A stretch of 64,000 bases of DNA. Origin: Escherichia coli. Lineage in GTDB: Bacteria; Pseudomonadota; Gammaproteobacteria; Enterobacterales; Enterobacteriaceae. The notes under the pieces were generated by a model, which was given only the letters and a program-made list of their open reading frames with translations, ran no database searches and had not been told where the DNA came from. Position numbers and translations under genes: made by a program. Below, one piece after another: positions 43,037 through 52,319 of this stretch (the first letter of the stretch is position 1; the number at the start of each line of letters is the position of its first letter). Location: NCBI RefSeq assembly GCF_048403405.1, contig NZ_CP183129.1; one strand, given 5' to 3'.

Positions 43037-43732
43037 TTAATTGACTTTTGCAATATCTCGTCGTGAAAAGGTCGCTTTTTGTTGCGCTCTTATTTTCACG
43101 GAGCAAATCAAGGATTCTCTATCGAGGCGCTTAAAAATATCGCACATCTCACGCCAGTAGTTCGCATAATTATGGCTCCAGTTATCAGGCTTAACTCCAC
43201 ACAGTCTGGCAAGCTCCTGTCTCTGGTAGACCTCACACCCGGTAACCCATCCTCTGACATCCTGTGCCGCCAGCCAGATCAACTTCTTCACACGCTCCAG
43301 CGTTTTCACTGCAATTTTTCTGGAGCCGGACTGAGTTTTAAATTCACTCCACCCCCACTGCGTTATCGCGATCTGATGCTCCCAGCAAATGTTTCCGCCA
43401 TAACACCACAACAACCACGCCTTCTGATGTTCTTCCAGTTCCAGAACAGCACGCCGCCACGATGATGTTGCAAACTCAACAGGACTGACCAGCGCAATTG
43501 ATGAGCCTTTCGCCAGTGATTGTTTACCCTGGATCGGGGGATTATCCCGCGTGATCATTTTTCCGGTTACCTCATCGCGGTAACGAATTTTTTTGCGTCT
43601 GTAACGCCCTGTATCGAACAGGGCATTTTCCTGCCAGGCTTCCAGCTGGCATTTTGTCGACCCACTGAGATCTGCAGTGGCAATCATGAGTTGCTCACGA
43701 ACAAACTGTAAATACTGGTTATTCATGCACAC
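43037..43732 (-). CDS. Q: late antiterminator Q-like protein (QuuQ/phage-82 type)
   Basis: 231-aa ORF directly upstream of candidate pR'/tR' region and downstream of rusA; Cys/His-containing; family assignment by position and recalled similarity. Confidence 0.6.
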   Translation of the reverse strand: MCMNNQYLQFVREQLMIATADLSGSTKCQLEAWQENALFDTGRYRRKKIRYRDEVTGKMITRDNPPIQGKQSLAKGSSIALVSPVEFATSSWRRAVLELEEHQKAWLLWCYGGNICWEHQIAITQWGWSEFKTQSGSRKIAVKTLERVKKLIWLAAQDVRGWVTGCEVYQRQELARLCGVKPDNWSHNYANYWREMCDIFKRLDRESLICSVKIRAQQKATFSRRDIAKVN

Positions 43733-44087
43733 CCACCTCTGTAATTCTTATCTCCAGCCGTCCACCAGATACTGGCTGGCCACGTACAATATTGATTTCA
43801 TCAAACTGCTCATCGTCCATTAACAACCCCGCGTGCGTCAGCGCATCCAGTGGTGCTTTCAGAATATTGTCCAGGTCACGACGACGCTTATCCGGTGGCT
43901 CTGCAATAATTTTTATTGCCAGCCGTCCGGACAGGCTTAATTTCAGTCGCTGCTGGCGAACAATAAGCGCCACTGCCCGGCGATAACGCTCCCCGGCTTT
44001 TGATACAAAATATGTGCTGCCACGGCGTCGCCAGTAAGTGTTCACCGTCGGCGAGTAAGGCAAAACAAATTCTATGCGTTCGGTCAT
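43719..44087 (-). CDS. rusA: Holliday junction resolvase RusA
   Basis: 122-aa ORF with RusA motifs (YWRRRG ... RRRDLDN ... GGRLEI.ITE). Confidence 0.85.
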   Translation of the reverse strand: MTERIEFVLPYSPTVNTYWRRRGSTYFVSKAGERYRRAVALIVRQQRLKLSLSGRLAIKIIAEPPDKRRRDLDNILKAPLDALTHAGLLMDDEQFDEINIVRGQPVSGGRLEIRITEVGVHE

Positions 44088-45146
44088 TTATGCTTTCCAC
44101 TTCAGAACACCCGAATTTCTCGCGTGCATTAAAAAACGAATCAGCAACAACAACTGACTACCGTGTTTTTCTTCAAAATCTTTTACCCCGGCGTGTAGTT
44201 CGTTATGGCATTTACGACACAGCGGAATAACAAACAAATCGTCAGCCTTTGTTCCCATCCCTCCCAGTCCATGACCAATGATGTGATGCGGATCATCTGC
44301 CTGATTGCCACACGTCATGCATTTCTGCGTTTTTACCCAGCGCGTGTATACAGGCATCTCTTCCCGTTGTGGTTTCTGGCGCTGGAGATACTGAGCCGGA
44401 GATTCCGGATCAACGGCAATGCTGACCACCGTCTTTTCCTGTGGTGGGTTCTGTTGCTGGTGGGCGTGAGGCAGCGGCGCAAGATTTTTTGTGCGCTGTT
44501 TCAGTATGCTGGTGGCGGTCTGCTCTCCCGGTACGATGTCGCTTTCACGGTACATTGAGCGGATTTTTTCCGCACGCAACCCCAGCGAACGACGTAATAC
44601 CGCTTCCGGTAGCGCGTCCGCCACCTGATTGCGGACCGCCCACCAGGATAATTCAGCCAGCGATAATTCCCGTTCCTGCGAGCCATTCATTGCATGGCGT
44701 ATGACGTCAATCATCCATGCAGACAGGTTTTGGTGAGCAAGTTGCCCGAGTGATTCGGAGGTCTGGTCGCGCAGCTGGTTGTCGCAGTGCCAGCACAACA
44801 CCATTGCGCCGGTACCATAACGGTGAATGACGGTTTCACTGTGGTGATAATCGCCGTGTGGCCACTGGCAGGATTTAACATGGCGCAGTAACCAGTCAGA
44901 CAATGCGCCAGCGCCACCAGCAGCACGAATCACTCGTTCGTCGCTGAAAAATGGCAGTAATGATTTATCCTCCGCCAGCGGCTGGCGAACGGCAGGAACG
45001 ACCCCGGACGACAGATTACGCATGCTTTTCGGTTCCGGCTCCACCAGTACCCGGGTATTGTGGAATACCGGCATGGATTCACGGCCCGGTTTTAGCACCA
45101 CCAGCCCAAGTTCCGGTACCAGAACAGGTCGAAGTAATACCCGCAC
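44088..45146 (-). CDS. DUF968-like prophage protein with C-terminal HNH-like zinc motif (YdfU-like)
   Basis: 352-aa ORF; C-terminal CMTCG ... HHIIGHGLGGMGTKADD ... CRKCHNELH; same neighbourhood (Q, rem-like, hok) as Qin ydfU. Confidence 0.7.
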   Translation of the reverse strand: MRVLLRPVLVPELGLVVLKPGRESMPVFHNTRVLVEPEPKSMRNLSSGVVPAVRQPLAEDKSLLPFFSDERVIRAAGGAGALSDWLLRHVKSCQWPHGDYHHSETVIHRYGTGAMVLCWHCDNQLRDQTSESLGQLAHQNLSAWMIDVIRHAMNGSQERELSLAELSWWAVRNQVADALPEAVLRRSLGLRAEKIRSMYRESDIVPGEQTATSILKQRTKNLAPLPHAHQQQNPPQEKTVVSIAVDPESPAQYLQRQKPQREEMPVYTRWVKTQKCMTCGNQADDPHHIIGHGLGGMGTKADDLFVIPLCRKCHNELHAGVKDFEEKHGSQLLLLIRFLMHARNSGVLKWKA

Positions 45147-45147
45147 G

Positions 45148-45426
45148 TTACCTCCAGATGCGTTGCTGGAATGTGCGGGACGGACGCGGTGGCCGTTCGG
45201 AGTAAGGGAGCCTGACGGAGATTATCCAGTGACGATAATCGAGGCTGAGGGCTTTCTTAATCTCGTATCCGTGTCTGCGGTAGCACTGAATTAGCCACTC
45301 GGCCTGTTCTTCAGTGCATGGGGGATGCTGGTACCAGTCTGACTTAAATGCATGAGAATACCGCTCGTGCGTGTGGGCAAGAACGGTCGAATTATCATGA
45401 TTGTAATATTTTGCGTTGCGTGCCAT
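45148..45426 (-). CDS. hypothetical protein (92 aa)
   Basis: ORF tightly packed after DUF968-like gene. Confidence 0.4.
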   Translation of the reverse strand: MARNAKYYNHDNSTVLAHTHERYSHAFKSDWYQHPPCTEEQAEWLIQCYRRHGYEIKKALSLDYRHWIISVRLPYSERPPRPSRTFQQRIWR

Positions 45427-45492
45427 CGGTTTTCTCCGGTGGCACGGTGTTACTCAGCGGGAGTTCAGCCCCGCGCAAGATTGTAGATGAGT

Positions 45493-45744
45493 TTATTCTT
45501 CTGAAAAAGCAGAAAAGCCAGCTTTTATTCCGATCTCTTTCAATGCCTGTAATGAAGTGACAAACTCACCGTCGTGCAAGATAAATCCGTCCGTCACTCG
45601 GGCATCCACAAAATTAATTAACGCAGCCCCATTTTTTTGCAAACACACAATGCGGTAATGGCTAACAATATTTCCATTTTCAACGCACACAGCATAGAGG
45701 CCATCTTCACAAAAAATTTTACGCAGTTCTTCGATGTTCATCAT
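45493..45744 (-). CDS. hypothetical protein (83 aa), possibly Rem-like by position
   Basis: 83-aa ORF between ydfU-like and hok, the position/size of Qin rem (sequence identity not verifiable from memory). Confidence 0.4.
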   Translation of the reverse strand: MMNIEELRKIFCEDGLYAVCVENGNIVSHYRIVCLQKNGAALINFVDARVTDGFILHDGEFVTSLQALKEIGIKAGFSAFSEE

Positions 45745-45960
45745 CAGAATCCTTCCGGATAATTAGCTCTCCCCTTTAAGGGACCATCCCTCTTATCCCT
45801 GCGCGCTACTTAAGTATTTTTGATTCTATTCCGGCACCGTCCAGAACTTCAAATGCGTTGAAAATAAAAACAAAAACCCGCCGAAGCGGGTTAAGTGCGG
45901 GTGCGTTGAGGATGCCTGCCACATCAGAGGTGGCGAGGGATTTCTCCCTCGCCTGGTCTC

Positions 45961-46116
45961 TTACTCCTCAGGTTCGTAAGCTGTGAAGACAGCGACCTCC
46001 GTCTGGCCGGTTCGGATTCGTACCTCGCAGAGGTCTTTCCTCGTTACCAGTGCCGTCACTATGACGGTTAAACAGATGACGATCAGGGCGATTAACATCG
46101 CCTTTTGCTGCTTCAT
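45961..46116 (-). CDS. hok: Hok/Gef-family type I toxin (51 aa)
   Basis: Translation MKQQKAMLIALIVICLTVIVTALVTRKDLCEVRIRTGQTEVAVFTAYEPEE is a canonical Hok-family peptide; not in the ORF track (below size cut-off). Confidence 0.85.
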   Translation of the reverse strand: MKQQKAMLIALIVICLTVIVTALVTRKDLCEVRIRTGQTEVAVFTAYEPEE

Positions 46117-46129
46117 AGCCTGCTTCTCC

Positions 46130-46230
46130 TTGACCTTTCGGTCCGTAAGAGGCTAATCTCTATGTGTCGCATAGATATGGCCTCAGATTAATGTTAAGCG
46201 TCTTGCAGGACGCGTAATGTTAACTGGGGC
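46130..46230 (+). ncRNA. sok: expected Sok-type antisense RNA / mok leader region of hok locus (location approximate)
   Basis: By analogy with hok/sok loci the antisense RNA overlaps the hok mRNA leader; exact ends not determined. Confidence 0.3.
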
Positions 46231-46374
46231 TTTTCTCTATCTGCCTTTTGGTGTTCATGCCTGAGACAGATAGCCTCAAGCACCCGCAGTTATTCTACTT
46301 AACTAAGATTTCCCCGCAAACCGTTTTTGTCCGGCACAGTAAATATCCAACTAAACCAATGGCGTTCGCTGTAT

Positions 46375-46554
46375 TTACCGCCAGTATTCAATGCACATGA
46401 CCGCCATGAACACCCCTAAAAAAAGGGCATTTATATGTCCAAACATTAATATCAAAACATCAATTTTTTCCATATACCTTGCTGTGAAGATGATGGGCAT
46501 ACATGATGCGAACAACCAGAACGCAACAAACAAAAACTGCAATGCGTTTTTCAT
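46375..46554 (-). CDS. hypothetical small membrane protein (2 TM)
   Basis: 59-aa ORF with two hydrophobic segments. Confidence 0.4.
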   Translation of the reverse strand: MKNALQFLFVAFWLFASCMPIIFTARYMEKIDVLILMFGHINALFLGVFMAVMCIEYWR

Positions 46555-46674
46555 TATTCCCCCTACAATCAATGTGCAATAACATTTAAACACACCTCAA
46601 TTTGGCCGGACATATAAATATCTAAACCAGAAAAAATCACTTACATAGCGTTACAAACTCTTTAGTCTAAATAT

Positions 46675-47661
46675 TCATCGTAAAACATCCTCCACGCTTA
46701 TCAGTCCATTTCGTTTCAGGTAATCCATCGCCTTCTCCGGTAATTTGCAGTCCGGCTGAGCTTTTTTCAGTTGACTGACCAGTCGTTTAACCCACATTGT
46801 TAATTCGCTAACCTGGTTACCTAGCGCTGGCGACGCTACTGTCTGTTCCAGAACGTCATCAGGTACTACCGGCTCTACTGCCAACTGACTGGCATATTTG
46901 TTAATGGTAACGATAAGCTCTTGCTCGGCCTCATCCAGACAATCACCGATACCTCGCCTGTCACCGTCAAAATCATCGAAATCGGCGCGAATCCTGGCAA
47001 CCTCCCGGATTGCGGACAACACCTCACCAGGAATTACCGGAGAGTTGCCCGATAGTGCATTCTGCTCCAGTGATGCCTTTACAAACCACGCGGCCTGAAC
47101 TATTACGCCATGAATCCAGCGCAAATCAGCATCGCGATCTTTCTTTTTCATCTTTTCGCCACTTAAAGCCTGGCTTATGTGGCTACGTACAAGGTCTTCA
47201 TGTAACACCTTCGCATCCTCAATGGTGAAACCACCAGGCAGGCGAGCCGGGGTTACATGAGGGTTGCCTTCCCCCTGACTCTGAAGCATGGCGGCGCGGT
47301 AGGCATTCCAGCCTCTCACCTCTGCAATAGCGGCAACATCATCGACCGCGTACATTTTAAGAGGGTTAGGCATTGGTTTTTCTTCAGATACTACTGGCAC
47401 TGGAGGGGCGGCATAAACAGGAATAACGTCCGCTTGCTCTTTATTGCTTTCATCCGTTAAAGCCCAGAATAATTTCCCGGCCGGATGTTTGAAAATATAA
47501 GCAACTGGTTCTGCGCTATCAGCTTCGCGCCGCTTCTGTAGCTCTGCTGCCATTGCGCTCACGACTTCAACTGGTGCCCTTGCAGCAAACTCTATGTTGG
47601 TGATAAGCTCATTAAGATATTGCTCGCTGGGATACTGTTTCTTATTGGTAATAGTGGTCAT
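46675..47661 (-). CDS. hypothetical protein (328 aa)
   Basis: Long ORF in nin-type region; N-terminal module shared with ORF 48025-48432 (motif AAPPVPVVSE). Confidence 0.55.
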   Translation of the reverse strand: MTTITNKKQYPSEQYLNELITNIEFAARAPVEVVSAMAAELQKRREADSAEPVAYIFKHPAGKLFWALTDESNKEQADVIPVYAAPPVPVVSEEKPMPNPLKMYAVDDVAAIAEVRGWNAYRAAMLQSQGEGNPHVTPARLPGGFTIEDAKVLHEDLVRSHISQALSGEKMKKKDRDADLRWIHGVIVQAAWFVKASLEQNALSGNSPVIPGEVLSAIREVARIRADFDDFDGDRRGIGDCLDEAEQELIVTINKYASQLAVEPVVPDDVLEQTVASPALGNQVSELTMWVKRLVSQLKKAQPDCKLPEKAMDYLKRNGLISVEDVLR

Positions 47662-48023
47662 GCTGTAGCCCCTTCTTGATATTTTTCAAACCAGAACACA
47701 ACCGGGTCAGATTTCATTTCAACCAATCCCATACGAACCAGCGCTTTGCCTTTCCCGGACGCAAGGAATTCACGACGACCATCACTGATAATTCGCCGAT
47801 AGTCTTCCAGGCTACTGCAATGCTTGTGCAGATTGCATGGGTGGCATGCCGGAACCATGTTGGATATATCGTCACGTTCCTGGTGAAGCATATTTCCATT
47901 AAAACGAATGACCGGTTTTACATGGTCTGCATGCCACTTTTCGCCAAGTTCACAGCCGCAATAAGCACAGCGACCGCCAAACTTCATGCGCAATTCTGCA
48001 CGTTGTTTTTTCGTCAGTGCCAT
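47658..48023 (-). CDS. HNH endonuclease
   Basis: 121-aa ORF with CAYCG ... HADH ... N ... CHPCN ... H. Confidence 0.75.
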   Translation of the reverse strand: MALTKKQRAELRMKFGGRCAYCGCELGEKWHADHVKPVIRFNGNMLHQERDDISNMVPACHPCNLHKHCSSLEDYRRIISDGRREFLASGKGKALVRMGLVEMKSDPVVFWFEKYQEGATA

Positions 48024-48024
48024 A

Positions 48025-48432
48025 TCAGTCTCCTTTGATGCCAGTGTTTACAACCTGGCAGGCCTCTTTGAGCACCCAGTCAACAGCGTCTTTCCATGCT
48101 CCGGTTTCGACTGGCGGATTTTCACGCTTAACCTTTTCATAGAAGCGCACGGCTTTAACCAGTCCTTCAGACACAACCGGCACAGGTGGAGCTGCGAATA
48201 GTGGTTTAGGTGATATCTCCGCACGTTTTGCGTATGCTTCAACTGTGTCAGGATTAAACAGGATTATGTTTTCGCCGCATTTCCACGCTATCGGTTCCGC
48301 TTCTAGCGATGCCAGTGCAATTTTGAATAACTCACCCTCTACCCGTGCCATCCCTGAATTCGTGTGGCATTTCGCAATCGCTATTTTTAATTTGGCTTCT
48401 TCGATTAATTGCTCTTTTGTTAATTCAGTCAT
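48025..48432 (-). CDS. hypothetical protein (135 aa)
   Basis: ORF sharing N-terminal module with 46675-47661. Confidence 0.5.
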   Translation of the reverse strand: MTELTKEQLIEEAKLKIAIAKCHTNSGMARVEGELFKIALASLEAEPIAWKCGENIILFNPDTVEAYAKRAEISPKPLFAAPPVPVVSEGLVKAVRFYEKVKRENPPVETGAWKDAVDWVLKEACQVVNTGIKGD

Positions 48433-48527
48433 TTTTCATTACCGCCCTTTCGGGCGGCCTCCTGATGTTCTGAGGGTGCAGAAATCCCTCCGGTTAAGGA
48501 TAAAATTTTTAACAGTGCTAAATTTAA

Positions 48528-48884
48528 TTATTCAGTTCTGGATTTTGTCGCCCTGCATATCCGCGCTTTCGCGTTACGCTCAATCTGAATTAACTTTTCT
48601 ATATTTTTCCGCCTTTCCTGTTCCTCCTGGCGCAATAGCCTTACATCATCTGCCAGTCTGGTTTCTCTTTTCGCCACAGAGAGCATCCAGTCAAACGGCT
48701 CCACAACTGCACCGCAGATTTTACAGCGGACCTGACGCTCTTTTTCGTCAACCCGAACAGAGGCGTGATGACAATATGGTCTTTCCGATGACTCATAAAG
48801 AAAATTAACCTGATTACGAGGGTCATCCTCTTTTACCGGAAATAAAACGATATTGCTTAACTCATCCTCTGGTTTTATTTCCAT
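48528..48884 (-). CDS. hypothetical zinc-ribbon protein (118 aa)
   Basis: CHH ... CKICG pattern. Confidence 0.45.
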   Translation of the reverse strand: MEIKPEDELSNIVLFPVKEDDPRNQVNFLYESSERPYCHHASVRVDEKERQVRCKICGAVVEPFDWMLSVAKRETRLADDVRLLRQEEQERRKNIEKLIQIERNAKARICRATKSRTE

Positions 48885-49323
48885 GCTCCTCTCCTTTGAT
48901 GCGAATGCCAGCGACGCGTAATGCGTGTTCTAGGTCAATCAGGTAAAGCCAACTGCCATTTTCTTTAGGTATCATGACATGTCGCTCATCTGCATTTATC
49001 GGGTGTCCATATCGAAGGTCGTAGCGAGTCGGTAATTGAACTTCCCGCGCTTCCAGTTCAGCAATACGCTTACTCCCATCAGAGATAACGCCTTCGTAAT
49101 ACTCACGCTGCTCGTTGAGTTGTGATTTTGCTTCTTCCAGTCCATCCAGCAAATCAGCGATAATATCCGCTTCCCGATGACGGATGTGACGCTTAAACGC
49201 AGCAAGAGCCGCATCACAATCCCGTTCAGCATTTGGGCTGTCCGGGATAGCCTGATACCACGCCAGCGTCGACTGATAGTTTTGTGCTGCCTCACGAAGC
49301 GCCTCATAGTTAACCTCTCTCAT
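48862..49323 (-). CDS. hypothetical protein (153 aa), Ea22/ead-like coiled-coil
   Basis: ORF with coiled-coil-like heptads; nin-region position. Confidence 0.45.
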   Translation of the reverse strand: MREVNYEALREAAQNYQSTLAWYQAIPDSPNAERDCDAALAAFKRHIRHREADIIADLLDGLEEAKSQLNEQREYYEGVISDGSKRIAELEAREVQLPTRYDLRYGHPINADERHVMIPKENGSWLYLIDLEHALRVAGIRIKGEEHGNKTRG

Positions 49324-49616
49324 TGAGCCACCTCCTGATAAATCACCGCATGCCCCAGTTTCTCCGCCAGTGCCAGCTCTGCCTTAGCGCCCGCTGACCG
49401 CTGCCAGCCATTCAGCATGTAAATCGCATCCACACAACGAATCATTGCCATGCAAATATCCATGTAGTGCGGCTGTGTCAGCCCGTCCGGAAGTACTGCC
49501 GGGTTTAAGACGGTATGCCCTTCCCGTTTCAGTTCCTCTTCCGCCTTGTGAAACGCCTCACGGTTGAAATTTTCATATCCCGTCATTGGACCGGCAATAT
49601 AAACTCTCACCCTCAC
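49320..49616 (-). CDS. DUF4406/nucleoside 2-deoxyribosyltransferase-like protein
   Basis: VYIAGPMTG motif near N-terminus; GTG start with GGAGG RBS chosen to avoid overlap with upstream ORF. Confidence 0.5.
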   Translation of the reverse strand: MRVRVYIAGPMTGYENFNREAFHKAEEELKREGHTVLNPAVLPDGLTQPHYMDICMAMIRCVDAIYMLNGWQRSAGAKAELALAEKLGHAVIYQEVAQ

Positions 49617-50020
49617 TCCATCACCTCCTGAAAGTTTCCCCGATAGAACGCCAGCACACGCTGCATGACTTCGCTCTGGCGGCACTCACGACAAATTATG
49701 TTCTGCCGTCTGTTGTAACGACGTATTTCTCCGTCAGGTAACTTTCGAATCAGTGTCGGGTCAGCAGCCTTCTCCGGTGTCTTACGCCATACGCGATACG
49801 CCTGCTCTGATGGAAATACCCCGCAACCAGAGAGCCAGACATCACCACTGGCCGCAAGCGCACCAGATAAACGACGAATAGCGGTCTTACTGACACCCGT
49901 TTTATCTGCCAGTTGTCGAAAAGTTTCTCGTCCGCTCAGGCGCACGAATTCCACAATGCGCGCCTTCACTTCTTCCCGCTCTTCTGGTGTAAATACTTTT
50001 GCCATAAGCGCCTCCGGCAA
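49613..50020 (-). CDS. hypothetical protein with helix-turn-helix-like region (135 aa)
   Basis: ORF abutting upstream gene. Confidence 0.45.
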   Translation of the reverse strand: MPEALMAKVFTPEEREEVKARIVEFVRLSGRETFRQLADKTGVSKTAIRRLSGALAASGDVWLSGCGVFPSEQAYRVWRKTPEKAADPTLIRKLPDGEIRRYNRRQNIICRECRQSEVMQRVLAFYRGNFQEVME

Positions 50021-50809
50021 TCACTTTTCCGATACAACACGGCGGGAAGAATCACTAATCTGTCGAACAATATCCCGGTGCTTGTTCAGCTCCCGCAGCG
50101 CGGCGCAGACTCGCTCCCACTTCTGAACATCACTTTTCGCCCTGCGCAGCGCCAGGTTTGCCCTGCGAAGGGACGGAAAAATCAGCTCATCTGCTTGCGT
50201 TTCGGTAAACGATGGCAACGGCTGCACAATGTCCGCCACAGTTTCTGTTTTAATTTCTTCCTGTGTTGCGGCTTCCCGGACTGGTAACGCAGCACCTGCT
50301 GGCTGAGGAAAGGCCTTACCATCACTTTCCGTTACCAGCGCGGCTTTCGGCTCTGCTGGTAAATTATCGCCCGGCATGCAGTAACGAAATTTACCGTTCT
50401 GATTAACGCGTGCCAGCCGCCCCGTTGCGGTTACCACCGCCAGCGTGGAGGCAACCTTGCGAGTACTGACGCCGAACTTACCCGCCAGTTCCTCACACGT
50501 TTTAGCACCATCCTGACCGATAAACTCAATCATCATGTCTGCGGTAACTTTTTGTTCGACCTCCCCGGTCAGCATATCCTGTGCTTCAGATTTTACTGGC
50601 CGCTCTTCGGTTACCCGGGATTCACCTTCGCCAGCCAGAAACCAGGTGTGACCAGTTTTATCAACGACGCCATTTCTTTTGAGTTCCCACAGCTCGTTGA
50701 GAACCTCTTCACGACTGATATCAAGTCGCGCGGCCAGTTCTACCGATGTGGCTTTTCCCATTGCTTTCAGTGCGTCAAATACGGTTTCCATTAAAATTTC
50801 CTCCGACAA
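50021..50809 (-). CDS. hypothetical protein with two winged-helix-like segments (DUF1627-like, unverified)
   Basis: 262-aa ORF immediately after P-like gene. Confidence 0.5.
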   Translation of the reverse strand: MSEEILMETVFDALKAMGKATSVELAARLDISREEVLNELWELKRNGVVDKTGHTWFLAGEGESRVTEERPVKSEAQDMLTGEVEQKVTADMMIEFIGQDGAKTCEELAGKFGVSTRKVASTLAVVTATGRLARVNQNGKFRYCMPGDNLPAEPKAALVTESDGKAFPQPAGAALPVREAATQEEIKTETVADIVQPLPSFTETQADELIFPSLRRANLALRRAKSDVQKWERVCAALRELNKHRDIVRQISDSSRRVVSEK

Positions 50810-50824
50810 AATCGTTTCTCAGAT

Positions 50825-51490
50825 TCAAATAAAACCAGCTGCCTTCCGGCGTTCGTATTCCTGTTTCAGCCGTTCAATTGGCGTTGGCCCTTGCGGGTGT
50901 TTCGCCCCTTCCAGTTGTCGTCGCACTGGCGGAACACTCATCCCGTTACCAACATGCTTTGCCCATTTCGTCAGTTGCCGTTCTGCAAGTCGTTTTAACT
51001 CACCCTGCGTCATCTGGCGCTCAATCCCTCTGGTACGCATTTCGAGGCAGATGTGGTACAGCACAGGCTGAGGCCACGGATATTTGTCGCTTCCGTCATA
51101 TCGCCAGGACTCATCACGCCAGCGGCGGTACTCCTCCATCACAGCATCCACCGTCAGGCCAAATGGATTGGCCCCGCTTTCTGAAATCAGCGCCACAAAC
51201 TCAGCCAGGTCCGGAGGCCATGTTTCACCCGCCCGGCAGCGGTCCATGCACTGGCGGCAGACCTGTCGGATTTGCTGCTCAGTCATCGCGCCAATCTGTG
51301 CAATCCAGAGCTTCGAAGGTGCGGCCCCGTTCTTCTGGGTCCAGCGGTTCGAATAAACCTCCCCCATGAGTTCCCACAGCTTCCAGACCGTTTCCGTCGC
51401 TGATAAATCCGTTTTCACGTTCCCACTGCTCACGTGCTGCCCGAATTTCCTGAACTGCCCGTGATGCGGTGCCACCTGGTGCTGCTGCAT
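50825..51490 (-). CDS. P: replication protein P-like (helicase loader); start uncertain
   Basis: C-terminal two thirds similar in pattern to lambda P; track ORF overlaps O by about 210 nt so true start is probably internal (for example near 51367). Confidence 0.6.
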   Translation of the reverse strand: MQQHQVAPHHGQFRKFGQHVSSGNVKTDLSATETVWKLWELMGEVYSNRWTQKNGAAPSKLWIAQIGAMTEQQIRQVCRQCMDRCRAGETWPPDLAEFVALISESGANPFGLTVDAVMEEYRRWRDESWRYDGSDKYPWPQPVLYHICLEMRTRGIERQMTQGELKRLAERQLTKWAKHVGNGMSVPPVRRQLEGAKHPQGPTPIERLKQEYERRKAAGFI

Positions 51491-52319
51491 GGTTTACCCC
51501 CTTGCTGACTGGTTTAACCTGCGCCCTGACGTGATTTACGTGACGGGCGAATTTCTGCTCCCACTGAATCTGCGTAAACACTTTCCCCTCCGCTGCCCAG
51601 TAGTCCCGGAAGGCGGCAAGTTCAGCAGGTGTAAATTCTGTCTCCGGCAAAGCCATCCCCCACAACGCAGCCCGTCGTCGAAAATCCCGTGACGGATACC
51701 AGCTATCGGTCATCGGAAATTTTCCGATGGGTTCGCTCAGGCCATCCAGGAATACAAGGGGTGCTGCCTGTAACGACAAAACTTCCTGCTCACTGGTCGG
51801 AGCACTCTCGCGTGCGTTATGTGTGGGGTTTAGATCTTTGGGTTCCTTTGGGTTCCGTGATCCGTTTTTGGGTGTCTTTGATGGAAAATTTGGGTGTCTT
51901 TGGTTATTTTCCATGCAGCTAAGAGTTCCGTTTTTGGGTCTGTTTTGTGCTGAAACATAACCATTTTCGGTACTGTTTTTATTAACAGCACCAATTTTAC
52001 CCACCTTTAAAGACTCCCGTTTTTGGGTGTATTCAGGCTCGGCAACACTTTCTTCTACACCGATAAGTCGGTACACCACAATTTGCTTTGTTCTGCCTTT
52101 TCTCTCACCGGTATCAACAATTAACCCAATCTCCATCAGGTGTCGTAAGCTGTCCTGCACAGTCTTTTTGTTCAGTTCCGTTACTTCTGCCAGTGCAGAT
52201 ACAGACGGGTATGCACACAAATCGGCACCGCACATATCAGCAAGCCAGGTCAATACAGACTTACTGGATGAACTGCCGGTTTTCACCTTTTTAGCCCATC
52301 GTAGTGCATCGATACTCAT
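51279..52319 (-). CDS. O: replication initiator O-like (N-terminal HTH initiator domain, DnaT-like C-terminus)
   Basis: Start set at MSIDALRWAKK...; iteron repeats embedded in mid-gene. Confidence 0.65.
   Translation of the reverse strand: MSIDALRWAKKVKTGSSSSKSVLTWLADMCGADLCAYPSVSALAEVTELNKKTVQDSLRHLMEIGLIVDTGERKGRTKQIVVYRLIGVEESVAEPEYTQKRESLKVGKIGAVNKNSTENGYVSAQNRPKNGTLSCMENNQRHPNFPSKTPKNGSRNPKEPKDLNPTHNARESAPTSEQEVLSLQAAPLVFLDGLSEPIGKFPMTDSWYPSRDFRRRAALWGMALPETEFTPAELAAFRDYWAAEGKVFTQIQWEQKFARHVNHVRAQVKPVSKGVNHAAAPGGTASRAVQEIRAAREQWERENGFISDGNGLEAVGTHGGGLFEPLDPEERGRTFEALDCTDWRDD
51840..52035. repeat. replication origin iterons inside O gene
   Basis: At least three copies of TCCGTTTTTGGGT(G/C)T plus TTTGGGTTCC repeats and adjacent AT-rich stretch. 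Confidence 0.5.
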
